Notes: generated by a model from the letters alone, not told the origin. A DNA stretch of 45,781 nt from Candidatus Hodarchaeum mangrovi (GCA_016839515.1 JAEOUE010000102.1:1-45781); one strand, 5' to 3'. Positions 10,057 to 19,454 are shown, counted from the first letter of the stretch. Numbers and translations: made by a program.

Positions 10057-10353
10057 TTATTCAGATTGAGCTCTTAAATGTTCAGGACGGGTGGTTATTT
10101 TCTTTTGAGAATTTCCATCCGTGACTTGAACAAGGTATGCTTGGCCCCGTTTTTCAAGAATAACACCTGTTTTTCCATGAAATCGCCTGTGTGGTTGTCC
10201 TTTTTGAATACTTGGTTCTATAATTATGTTAACCTTAGAATCAACTTCATATTCAGTAAGAACACGGGATAAGGAGGGTACTCCTCGCTTTCTGGGATGT
10301 TTATGTAACAAATTCCTAGTCCTGAAGCTGCTACCCTTAGATTTTTTAACCAT
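10057..10353 (-). CDS. rpl21e: 50S ribosomal protein L21e
   Basis: KGQPHRRFHGKTG and RPEHLR motifs. Confidence 0.97.
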   Translation of the reverse strand: MVKKSKGSSFRTRNLLHKHPRKRGVPSLSRVLTEYEVDSKVNIIIEPSIQKGQPHRRFHGKTGVILEKRGQAYLVQVTDGNSQKKITTRPEHLRAQSE

Positions 10354-10491
10354 ATTAAGATCCTCGGTGTTATTATACTATATGTAGGGGCTTGTGAATA
10401 ATTACACGTATTAATGTATCATAACGTCATTTAGATGGAGAAATTGAATATCAAAAATAGTTTTCTTATATAAAAAATCGTTCAAAAATAA

Positions 10492-11874
10492 TTAATCTGA
10501 CTGAGCAGGATTTGTTGAAAGTAATGAGTTTGAAGGTTCAAGAACCTCGATCACATCTAGTTTAGTTACTATAGCTTGCGTATTAAGTAGCATAGATAAA
10601 CTAGGGGTAGTTCTCCCCTCATCACCAGAAATTAATTCTTTAACATATAAACCCCCCTCACATAAAATAAAAACTGTAATTTCCTGAGGTGATATATGTT
10701 CGAATCTAAACGTGATTACTCTTCTATCGCGAATTTTGTCAGCTCTACGATGAACAACTCGGTGAGGAGTACGTTGTTTAATGATACTTTCTTGAAAATT
10801 CTTTATAATCCCTTTCTTTAATGTTTCCGTTATTTCTATAGGAGGATTCAATGAGATCTGAGCTCGGTAAGCCTTTGCAGTTTTAGTAGACCTTGTTTTT
10901 AATTCTCGAACCTTAGCTCGATTAGTGAACCCCTTAAACTCTACTTCTACTTTTCCCAAAGCTTTTTCCTCAATCTGAATCTTTAGCTGATCTAAATTCA
11001 CATTTCTAATACGTGGTTCTGAGATTTCGAGAACAAATGGTCTACCTGTTCCAACCATTCGTGCATCAATATCCTCACGTCCAGCTCCATGAAATTTACT
11101 TGAGGAAGCATTTGTAGCTAAAAGAAATGGTTCTGATATGAATTCTTCAACAGAATCTTGATACATTTTTCCAGTAAAATTACATCTTTCACAGCCTTTT
11201 CCTCTGCACTTTCGACAAAACCATCGTGATTGGGGAATGCCCCGCTCAAGTTTCCGATATCGTCCTAAAATAAAAAGGGGATTGCTCTTTATGAGTACTT
11301 TATCTTCAATGAGATCATAAGTAACCACAATATCAGGTGCTTTGAATTCTACAATCACATTAGGTACAAGGCTTTGTAAACGTTTGCCAATTTCACGATT
11401 GAATTCTGCTTTAATAGATTCACCAAATTCCAAGTTATAGGAACTTCGAATATTATCTTCTGAATCAAGTATAACAGGTGGAAATATACTACCTACGAGG
11501 AATGTCGAATATTCATACTCCTTTAACGAAATGAAAGCTTTTTGAGTAAGTTGATCTAAATTATCTGCTAAAAGAAGGTCGTGACAAATATCACATGGTT
11601 TTGATGAACTAATAACATCTGGGAAATGTCTTTGGAGCGATTTAATCCCTATATCAAAATCTTTAGAAAGAAGAGAGCTGAAAATAGTTGCTTTAACATC
11701 TTGTATTCTATAACGATGTTCCCATTCCATCAATACTATTATTTTTAGTGCAATCCCTCGTGAATAATTAGTGAGTCCTGATAATAGGTTACCAAATTGT
11801 CGACCTAGGCAAGCATTACAACAATGGATGTCTGTAATTACCTTTTCAACTTTCTCTAGAATTTTGGAGTCCAT
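10492..11874 (-). CDS. pus10: tRNA pseudouridine(54/55) synthase Pus10
   Basis: CNACLGRQF zinc site, GAGREDIDARM, GGLYVKELISGDEGRT. Confidence 0.96.
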   Translation of the reverse strand: MDSKILEKVEKVITDIHCCNACLGRQFGNLLSGLTNYSRGIALKIIVLMEWEHRYRIQDVKATIFSSLLSKDFDIGIKSLQRHFPDVISSSKPCDICHDLLLADNLDQLTQKAFISLKEYEYSTFLVGSIFPPVILDSEDNIRSSYNLEFGESIKAEFNREIGKRLQSLVPNVIVEFKAPDIVVTYDLIEDKVLIKSNPLFILGRYRKLERGIPQSRWFCRKCRGKGCERCNFTGKMYQDSVEEFISEPFLLATNASSSKFHGAGREDIDARMVGTGRPFVLEISEPRIRNVNLDQLKIQIEEKALGKVEVEFKGFTNRAKVRELKTRSTKTAKAYRAQISLNPPIEITETLKKGIIKNFQESIIKQRTPHRVVHRRADKIRDRRVITFRFEHISPQEITVFILCEGGLYVKELISGDEGRTTPSLSMLLNTQAIVTKLDVIEVLEPSNSLLSTNPAQSD

Positions 11875-12138
11875 TAACTATGCCTTCATCTTAAAGAAGA
11901 AAATCTAAAATCTAAAGTTTCTATTCAACAAATTGTCTTATTTGAGGCAAAATTTCTTACGATAATAAACTATTTCCACTTCTCTGTTTTACTGATTTTT
12001 ATAAAAGATTAATATATTAAGGATGATTATTAGAATCTCTAATGAACACTAAGTTCAATGAAAATCAAAAAAGATATTTTTTTAATCTTATCCTCCCTTT
12101 TACATTACTTTTATTGTTATAATCAGGTACGAGAAAAA

Positions 12139-12666
12139 ATGCGTAAATTCCTAATTATCTCCAATACTGTTGATACATCTCAACCATTATCCCTTAATTC
12201 TTTAACAGCTTATGGACGATTGGATGTTATTTGTCGATGTATTTCTTCAGCATTTTATCTCTCGAATGATTTTCGAAAAGATGTGTTTTTGAGTATTTTT
12301 TTCCAGAAAAATCAAAAAATTATGGAAATAGATGGAAATAAGGTACGAGGATTGAATCCAGATGAACGGGCAATTGCTGGTGTCCTTAAAAAGATATTTG
12401 TAGGTAAAGAATTTCCAGGTATCAATATTCAATCACAAGATTTAGACGTGATCCTAAACGATCAATCAATCCTTTTGCTGGATAAAAATGGTACTAAATT
12501 AGATTCAGCGATTTCAGAGTCTAATACTTTTGTTATTGGGGATCATCTAGGGTTTCAAATCGAGAATAAAGAATTATTACAAAATTCAAGAAAAATATCT
12601 CTAGGTAAAACTGAATATATGAGTTCACAAGTCATAACAATCCTTCATTTTCTATTGGACAGTTAA
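12139..12666 (+). CDS. trmY: tRNA (pseudouridine54-N1)-methyltransferase
   Basis: GRLDVICRC, NPDER, FVIGDHLG SPOUT motifs; start placed at ATG 12139 (MRKFLII). Confidence 0.9.
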   Translation: MRKFLIISNTVDTSQPLSLNSLTAYGRLDVICRCISSAFYLSNDFRKDVFLSIFFQKNQKIMEIDGNKVRGLNPDERAIAGVLKKIFVGKEFPGINIQSQDLDVILNDQSILLLDKNGTKLDSAISESNTFVIGDHLGFQIENKELLQNSRKISLGKTEYMSSQVITILHFLLDS

Positions 12667-12858
12667 AAGACAAAATTAGTTATTGTATTTGAATCAAAAT
12701 AGCTGGAATAACATAAAGATAGTCAATTAAAAAGAATCATAATATTCTCCCCTTAATCTCTTGGTTTTCTAGATTAAGAAGTAAAAATAAATTACCTTCA
12801 TATTTAAAAAAGTAATAGCGAATGTTAAATCAATTGTCAAAAAGAGGAATTGTTAAAC

Positions 12859-14223
12859 ATGCTAGAATCATTGAGCTCTTCCTTAAGAAAAACTATATTG
12901 AAAGTCAGAGGAGCTCCTATTGTTGATGAAAAGTTAATCAATGAGCTCATCCAAGACCTTGAAAATGCATTATTAGGAACTGATGTTAATTTAGACTTAG
13001 TTTTAGATATAAGTCAAAAAGTTAAGAAACGAGCCTTGCAAGATCAGATTCCAATGGCTGTAAGTCGAAAAAATTATACGATTAAAGTTATTTATGATGA
13101 ATTAACGGATTTACTTGGAAAAAGATATGCTCCTTTAAGATTAAATCCCAATGAACTAAATATCCTAATGTTTATTGGTATTCAAGGATCAGGAAAAACA
13201 ACCTCAATCGGAAAATTTGCAAATTACTATCAAAAACGCGGGTTTAAGGTTGGAGTAATTGGAGGAGATACATTTCGTCCTGGAGCTTTAGCACAACTTA
13301 AACAGTATATAGAACCAATTGGAATAGAGGTATATGGGGAAGAAAAAGAAAAAAAGGCAATAAATGTTATTAAAAATGGATTAAAGCACTTTAAGGAAAA
13401 GAAAAGCATAAACTTAATATTAATTGATACTACAGGGCGTCATAAAGAGGAAAAAGCCTTAATTAAAGAAATGGAAGAAATTGCTAAAACTGCTAAACCT
13501 ACTGAGATTATCCTTATCATCGATGCATCCATAGGACAACAAGCTCAAGCTCAAGCTGATGCTTTTAATCGAGCAACCCCTATTGGATCTATAATTTTAA
13601 CTAAAATGGATGGCTCAGCAAAAGGAGGAGGAGCGTTATCAGCAGTTGCTATTACTGGTGGAGTCATTCGTTTTTATGGAGAAGGTGAAAAAATACAAGA
13701 TCTAGTTGAATTCAATCCAACACGATTTGTAGGTTCGTTGCTGGGAATGGGAGATATAGAGGGATTAGTTGAAAGTGTAAATGAAGCTTTTGGAGTGGAA
13801 GACACAGCTGAGTTACGAGATGCCTTTAAAAAAGGAAAATTAACACTAAGACATTTTAAAACCCAAATGGAAACTGCAAATAAACAATCATCTCTTGGAA
13901 AAATTGTCTCAAAAATTCCAGGAGTTGGGGGTTTAATGGCCGGACATACTGATCTAGAAGCAGAGAGTAAAGAAAGTGTAAAACGGTTTATAGCAATTTG
14001 TTCAGCTATGACTGATGAGGAACTTGATAATGCTCGTATTATCAAAGGAAGTCGAATCCAAAGAATTGCTCGTGGTTCTGGTACTTCACCTCAAGAGGTC
14101 AAACTGTTATTACAACAATTCAACCAAATGTCAAAGCAACTCAAAGTAATGCGAAAGATGCGGGGGCGACGTGGTCCTCAAGGAGGGCTACCTCCAGGTA
14201 TGGAAGGGCTTCTAGGCGGATAG
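12859..14223 (+). CDS. srp54: Signal recognition particle protein SRP54
   Basis: GIQGSGKTT, DTTGRH, TKMDGSAKGGG and M-domain SRIQRIARGSG. Confidence 0.97.
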   Translation: MLESLSSSLRKTILKVRGAPIVDEKLINELIQDLENALLGTDVNLDLVLDISQKVKKRALQDQIPMAVSRKNYTIKVIYDELTDLLGKRYAPLRLNPNELNILMFIGIQGSGKTTSIGKFANYYQKRGFKVGVIGGDTFRPGALAQLKQYIEPIGIEVYGEEKEKKAINVIKNGLKHFKEKKSINLILIDTTGRHKEEKALIKEMEEIAKTAKPTEIILIIDASIGQQAQAQADAFNRATPIGSIILTKMDGSAKGGGALSAVAITGGVIRFYGEGEKIQDLVEFNPTRFVGSLLGMGDIEGLVESVNEAFGVEDTAELRDAFKKGKLTLRHFKTQMETANKQSSLGKIVSKIPGVGGLMAGHTDLEAESKESVKRFIAICSAMTDEELDNARIIKGSRIQRIARGSGTSPQEVKLLLQQFNQMSKQLKVMRKMRGRRGPQGGLPPGMEGLLGG

Positions 14224-14314
14224 AGAAGTTATAGACTTGATATTTGTTCATACCTTAAATAAAAATTGAAGATTAAGAACAAAGTTCAGTTTTTTAAAAG
14301 TAAGCTAATTAAGA

Positions 14315-14448
14315 TGCTCCGACCGGGAATTTCAGTCTGTTTCCTCGGAAAAAGACATTTGAACCCGGGTCTCAGGGGGTCTCCTGAGAGACCACCTGGT
14401 ATTCTCATTGAGAGCCCTGAATGATGGGCCAAGCTACACTATCGGAGC
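14315..14448 (-). tRNA. tRNA-Glu(CTC) with two introns: 37/38 (14379-14408, 30 nt) and 59/60 (14329-14357, 29 nt)
   Basis: GCTCCGA acceptor stem; CAGGG-CTCTCA|C-CCCTG; BHB central helices CTCT/GGAG and TTCA/TGAA with 3-nt bulges. Confidence 0.93.
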
Positions 14449-14478
14449 AAGAGGAGTAGCAAATAGAAATAAAGAAAG

Positions 14479-14608
14479 TGCTGGGGGAGGGCTTTGAACC
14501 CTCGACTTCGGGATTTCTCATCCTAGCGCGAATCATTGCCCTTTTACTCATGTGAGAATGGTTCTCAGATTATGAGTCCCGCGCTATACCAGGCTAAGCC
14601 ACCCCAGC
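14479..14608 (-). tRNA. tRNA-Met(CAT), elongator type, with a 56-nt 37/38 intron (14515-14570)
   Basis: GCTGGGG acceptor stem (G1-C72); CGGGA-CTCATA|A-TCCCG; BHB central helix CTCA/TGAG. Confidence 0.88.
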
Positions 14609-14924
14609 AGGAAATTCTTTATTTATATGTTAAATAGATGTTAATTCTGACAATGGGAGGTGGAGAGAGTAGACTATTATAAATTTGCCTAAAGAAACGA
14701 TTGTTTCAAAGGTATTTGTAAAAACTCTTTAGGTTTAATGAATCGGAAAATTTTCTCTATAATAGACCAAACGGTTCTTGCATTACTTTTGATCCTTTCT
14801 TTTTAATTAAAATGGGTACTAATGGACGAGTAATATTCAGGACTAAATTGGATATTAGGTCAAATAGAATAATAATTGTTCTTATCAATAATTGGTATTT
14901 CTGAAGAGCTATAAAAATAAATAA

Positions 14925-15026
14925 CGGGCGCAGGGGGATTCGAACCCTCGGCCAACAGGTTTCTTCTGATTGTTATAATTCCAATCAATAAAAGCCTGTC
15001 GCTCTACCTGGCTGAGCTATGCGCCC
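14925..15026 (-). tRNA. tRNA-Lys(TTT) with a 28-nt 37/38 intron (14961-14988)
   Basis: ACAGG-CTTTTA|A-CCTGT; BHB CTTT/GAAG; intron stem TGATTG/CAATCA. Confidence 0.94.
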
Positions 15027-15037
15027 TATTAAAGGAA

Positions 15038-15147
15038 TGGCGCCCCGATCGGGATTTGAACCCGAGTCGGATGGGCTCTGCGGGGCTATCTTAATGCACA
15101 AACCTCTTGACAGCCATCAATGCTAGGCCAGGCTACACCATCGGGGC
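15038..15147 (-). tRNA. tRNA-Asp(GTC) with a 32-nt 37/38 intron (15076-15107); CCA encoded
   Basis: GATGG-CTGTCA|C-CCATC; BHB CTGT/GCAG; ends GGGGCG-CCA. Confidence 0.94.
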
Positions 15148-15159
15148 TATTTTCCTTAA

Positions 15160-15226
15160 TCCGATTCAGAAAATTTAATTTCCAACCAATAAGATTGGAT
15201 TGTGCGGTTTAATCCTGATCGTCAGC
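15160..15226 (-). ncRNA. Candidate box C/D-like small RNA in the leader of the tRNA-Asp/tRNA-Lys transcript
   Basis: TGACGA (box C-like) at 15219-15224, CTGA at 15166-15169, a 7-bp internal hairpin, an 11-nt antisense element to a recalled archaeal 16S segment, and a TATA-like TTAAAAA about 25 nt upstream. Confidence 0.35.
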
Positions 15227-15543
15227 AATTATTTCTCCCCTCTTCAAAATTTTTAAGCTTAATTGCTGGAGTGTCCAATTATCAAGAAAGACTTTTTAAA
15301 AGATTAATTTATTGAATGTTAGGAAATTAATCAGTTTTAGTTATTCTTTCCATTTTAAAAAGGTATATATTATAATTATTTACTTAATGGTATATTACTA
15401 ACTGTTAATTCAAATTATGAACCCTTTATTCAATTCATTTTTCTATAAAATTTGATCATCTATACGAAATTCATGTATAAAGATTGAAATTTGATGCTTA
15501 AGAGGAAGGAAAAGGAACTAATATTTTTCATTAACTTTTAAGC

Positions 15544-16785
15544 TCAATCTTTCTCAAGCGATTCGAAATCCCATATATTGAGTAAAAATAGCGCGATTAT
15601 GGCAACCAACCCTCCATAGAAAAATGCAAACGATGGTTTGATGTCATACAAGGCTCCAGCAATAATTCCTCCTCCTATACTTGCCAATCCCATAATAGTT
15701 TGTAATAATCCAATTCCTGTTCCTGTATATTTTGAAGGAAGTAAATCTACTGCAAATGCTTTTTGTATCCCATCAGTAGCAGCATTAAAAGCACCATATA
15801 TTCCAAAAATTACAATAAAAATAAATAGATTATTTGATAAAGCCATTCCGACCGTTGTTATTATATAAAGTATAAGTCCAAATCCAAAAATCCTTTTACG
15901 ACCATATTTATCTGAAAAACTTCCAAATGGAATGGAAAGGACGGTATAAGTGATATTAAACACAATAAATAGAAAGATCGGTACTGCTGTTTGCAAAAAT
16001 AATGATGTTGTTTCATCAATACCTAAAATTACAGTCTTAGTATGAATGATAAAGATTAATATTGTGAAATTTGCAAAACCAAAGATTGTTGAGATAAGTA
16101 GGAATTTAAAAAATGGTTTTGGGAGTTTAAATATTGATTCAAGTAGCGTAGAATCTTTTCCTTTGTTTTCTTTCCTTTCTTTTGGCGAATCTGTTAAAAA
16201 TACTATTGGAATGACTGCAAAAAGAGCTATAAAAGCTGAAATTATAATAATTAGCTGTAGGATATTTAAACTGCTATGAAAAGAGTCAAAAAAATCAATT
16301 ACAATCACTAAAGCCAAAAATGACCCCATTATAGCTCCAGCAGTGTCCATCATTCTATGAAATCCAAAAGCTTTTCCCCTAAGTTCATAAGAAACTAAAT
16401 CAGCTAATAATGCGTCTCGGGGTGGACCACGTATTCCTTTCCCTAATCGTTCTATCGGTTTTAATATTAATATTTGTACCCAAGAGGAAGAAATTCCAAT
16501 ACCAAATTTTGCAAAAAATGGGATCCCATATCCTATTGAGATAATGAGTTTACGACGCCCAGTAATATCAGCCCAATAACCAGAGAATACTTTAACTATG
16601 TTTGCAACAGCATCTCCGAATCCTCCAATGAAACCAATGATTAAATTTGATCCACCCAACTCTGCAATAAGAAGAGGTAAAACAGGGGTCATCATTTCTC
16701 CTGAAACATCAGCAAAAAATGATATTAACCCTAATAACAGCATATTTCCCGTAAACCATGCGTTTGACTTATCTTTGTTCATCAA
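15544..16785 (-). CDS. MFS transporter
   Basis: About 12 TM segments; motif A GYWADITGRR and FSDKYGRK; ERLGKGIRGPPRDAL. Confidence 0.93.
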   Translation of the reverse strand: MMNKDKSNAWFTGNMLLLGLISFFADVSGEMMTPVLPLLIAELGGSNLIIGFIGGFGDAVANIVKVFSGYWADITGRRKLIISIGYGIPFFAKFGIGISSSWVQILILKPIERLGKGIRGPPRDALLADLVSYELRGKAFGFHRMMDTAGAIMGSFLALVIVIDFFDSFHSSLNILQLIIIISAFIALFAVIPIVFLTDSPKERKENKGKDSTLLESIFKLPKPFFKFLLISTIFGFANFTILIFIIHTKTVILGIDETTSLFLQTAVPIFLFIVFNITYTVLSIPFGSFSDKYGRKRIFGFGLILYIITTVGMALSNNLFIFIVIFGIYGAFNAATDGIQKAFAVDLLPSKYTGTGIGLLQTIMGLASIGGGIIAGALYDIKPSFAFFYGGLVAIIALFLLNIWDFESLEKD

Positions 16786-16926
16786 TGTATCAGTCCCTGT
16801 TTTAATCTGAAAATCTAAAAGAAAAAAATGATATTTTAAAATTCCTCAATTAGATTAAAAAGAAAAACAAATTTTTTTATTTACTAATTTTCTGCTAAGA
16901 AACATCTTATTATTTGAGGAAAAATT

Positions 16927-17874
16927 ATGGGACTTATTATTTTTGGCCATCCTGATTTTGCTAGATTACTAGCTGATAGAATCCCCAACGCTACCTTTAT
17001 AGCCATTGAAGAACGTATTTTTCCTGATGGGGAAATATGTCCTAGATTGGTATTTTCAAATGAGAACCAAATTAGTGAATCACACGTGGTGGTGGTTGTA
17101 CAACTGGAAGCTGATCAAAATAAGAATGATTATTTAATTTCTCTTTTATGGACGATTTATAACATAAAACAGTATAATCCAGCTCGAATATCTTGTATTT
17201 TTCCATATCATATTTATTCAAGACAAGATCGTGAAACACGAAGAGGAGACCCTATTTCTATACAATATCTAGCTGAAATGTTAGAAAGTGCGGGACTAGA
17301 TGATTTCTTAACTATAAATTCTCATATATTTGGAAAAAGTGATATTCAAAAGATATTTACTCATTCTAAAGCTTATGATATCTCTGCAATTCCCATTTTA
17401 ATTAAGGGTCTACAAAATCACTTATCTCTAAAAGGTGAGGAGTTAATTTGTTTATCACCAGATGTTGGAGCAATTTCCTTAGCCTATGCAGCTGCAACAG
17501 CAATTAGATCGCCTTTCCATGGAGCGATTCACAAAGAAAGGGATCCAAATACTGGAGAAGTGACTCAAACAATCTCAAAATTAAATCTAGAAATAAAAGG
17601 AAAGAATATAGTTGTTGTTGATGATCTTGTAAGTTCAGGAGGTACAATGATTGGTGCAGCTAAACTTTTAAAACAACAGGGAGCAAAACAAGTGTTTTTT
17701 GCATATGTTCATGCTGTTCATTCACCATCCAATTTTCAAAAGTTGTTAGCGGTTAATTCTGGAGGCATATTTAGTACAGATACTATCCGATGTAACATGG
17801 AAGGTTTGACTACTATTAGCATTATTCCTTTACTTGCTGAATGGATTCAAAAATTACATTCTTGGATGAATTAA
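16927..17874 (+). CDS. prs: Ribose-phosphate pyrophosphokinase
   Basis: FPDGE, YSRQDR, SPDVG and PRPP-binding VVVDDLVSSGGT. Confidence 0.93.
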   Translation: MGLIIFGHPDFARLLADRIPNATFIAIEERIFPDGEICPRLVFSNENQISESHVVVVVQLEADQNKNDYLISLLWTIYNIKQYNPARISCIFPYHIYSRQDRETRRGDPISIQYLAEMLESAGLDDFLTINSHIFGKSDIQKIFTHSKAYDISAIPILIKGLQNHLSLKGEELICLSPDVGAISLAYAAATAIRSPFHGAIHKERDPNTGEVTQTISKLNLEIKGKNIVVVDDLVSSGGTMIGAAKLLKQQGAKQVFFAYVHAVHSPSNFQKLLAVNSGGIFSTDTIRCNMEGLTTISIIPLLAEWIQKLHSWMN

Positions 17875-17910
17875 GCCATTTAGAATATATTATTTAAAAT
17901 AAGAGGGATT

Positions 17911-18048
17911 TTAACCACGATGTTTGTCTATCAGTTCACGAATGGCAGCTCTGACTAATTCTGATCGGTTGGGGTATTTTCCATTACGAACTAATTCTGC
18001 CATTGCGTCAATGTCTTTTTCATCAACATACATGGTTACTGTTCGCAA
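17911..18048 (-). CDS. Ribbon-helix-helix (CopG/Arc/MetJ) DNA-binding protein, 45 aa; not in the ORF track
   Basis: Translated by hand: MRTVTMYVDEKDIDAMAELVRNGKYPNRSELVRAAIRELIDKHRG; typical LVxxGxYPNRSExxRxAIRELI signature. Confidence 0.9.
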   Translation of the reverse strand: MRTVTMYVDEKDIDAMAELVRNGKYPNRSELVRAAIRELIDKHRG

Positions 18049-18143
18049 GATTCTCACGGATGACTGAAGGATTGGCAGGTTTTCCAAGTAATCAGATCTT
18101 AAAAAAAGATTACGTAGTTGTACCAGTTGTGGCTTCTAAAATT

Positions 18144-19454
18144 ATGAAAGACCCCAAAATGACAAATCATGTAATTCATGTCTTAAATTTCGGATGTAGT
18201 GCTAATCAAGCAATAGCAGAGGGATTAATAGGCACTTTAAAACAACATCAATATCAAATTACAGAATCCTTTGAAGAAGCAAACACAGTTATAGTAAATA
18301 CTTGTGTAGTCAAACAAAATACTGAGCATCGAATGAAAAGTTTACTTTTAAATTTAGCATTTGAAAAAGAGGTAATAATTACTGGGTGTCTACCCGTTGT
18401 CATGCGGGATTGGATCACAGAAAATATCCCAAATGCTAAAGTGCTATTTCCTGAAGTAGCCAAAGACATCATATTGCTCTTGAATAATAATTATGTCCCC
18501 GAAGTTAAATATACCGATTCAGACGTCTGGTCACAACTTTATTTAAAAGGACGAAGTCAATATAATCCAGTGATTACCATAATTGAAATATCTCGCGGTT
18601 GTTTAGGAAAATGTTCCTTCTGTATAGTTCAAAAAGCTAAAGGAAGTCTTCGTTCTCGTGCTAAAGAAAATGTTCTAACAGAGATAAAGCAAGCATTATT
18701 TTCAGGTTCGCGTGAAATCTGGTTAACTTCACAAGATACTGGGACATATGGGATAGATCTAAAACCCCAAGTTAATTTAACTGATTTAATAGAATCAATT
18801 AATCACTTCAAACAGGAATTCTTTGTTAGAATAGGCATGATGACTCCTTATATGGTACAAAACTTCCTTCAACCACTAATACAGAATTTTCAGTCTCCTA
18901 ACATTTTTAAATTCCTTCACCTTCCTATCCAATCAGGATCAAATAAAATACTTCGTTCCATGCAAAGAAAAGAAGATATGAAGTATTTTATCGACCTAAT
19001 AGCAAAATTGAAGAAAAATATTCCAGATTTAGTATTAGCAACTGATATCATTGTCGGATTCCCAGGGGAAACCGAACAGGATTATCAAAACACAGTTGAC
19101 TTATTACACAAAATCCAATTTGAAATTGTCAATATTTCAAAGTACACTGATCGTCCTGGAACTGAAGCTAGTGGATTACCAGAAAAGGTCCCAACTCATA
19201 TTAAGTCACAACGAAGTCGAGAGTTATCAAAGATTTGTAGAAATATTACGCAAAAAAAGCTTGAACAATGGATCGATTGGGAGGGGAAAGTGATAATAGA
19301 TGAATATGGTACAAAGAAAGGACAATTCTTAGGTCGAAACACTTCTTATTTACCAATTCTTTTTAATAATCCCAATTTAAGTCTCGGGGTGATAGTTAGA
19401 GCTAAAATAATTGAAACTAAAACCATATATTTAATAGGAGAAGTAAAGGAATGA
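18144..19454 (+). CDS. tRNA methylthiotransferase (MtaB/CDKAL1-like radical SAM)
   Basis: NFGCSAN, NTCVVK, TGCLP, CLGKCSFC, HLPIQSGS, DIIVGFPGE and a C-terminal TRAM domain; start moved to 18144 (or 18159) because the longer ORF overlaps the RHH gene. Confidence 0.9.
   Translation: MKDPKMTNHVIHVLNFGCSANQAIAEGLIGTLKQHQYQITESFEEANTVIVNTCVVKQNTEHRMKSLLLNLAFEKEVIITGCLPVVMRDWITENIPNAKVLFPEVAKDIILLLNNNYVPEVKYTDSDVWSQLYLKGRSQYNPVITIIEISRGCLGKCSFCIVQKAKGSLRSRAKENVLTEIKQALFSGSREIWLTSQDTGTYGIDLKPQVNLTDLIESINHFKQEFFVRIGMMTPYMVQNFLQPLIQNFQSPNIFKFLHLPIQSGSNKILRSMQRKEDMKYFIDLIAKLKKNIPDLVLATDIIVGFPGETEQDYQNTVDLLHKIQFEIVNISKYTDRPGTEASGLPEKVPTHIKSQRSRELSKICRNITQKKLEQWIDWEGKVIIDEYGTKKGQFLGRNTSYLPILFNNPNLSLGVIVRAKIIETKTIYLIGEVKE

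Noticed and set aside
14655-14670. Perfect GGAGGTG Shine-Dalgarno word upstream of tRNA-Met
   Set aside because: No usable ORF follows; it falls between the tRNA's TATA box and likely TSS, so it is probably chance
14961-15107. rRNA-antisense role for the Lys and Asp introns (also Gly, Phe and the Glu T-loop introns)
   Set aside because: They are simple hairpins with only chance-level short matches to rRNA sequences I can recall
15205-15217. U3-like pairing of the Asp leader to the 16S 5' end (CGGUUGAUCCUG)
   Set aside because: It needs a bulge and a wobble pair; the perfect 11-nt match to UGCGGUUUAAU explains the same bases better
18003-18143. N-terminal 47 aa of the 483-aa ORF
   Set aside because: It overlaps the RHH gene on the opposite strand and its promoter region; family similarity starts at MKDPK/MTNHV
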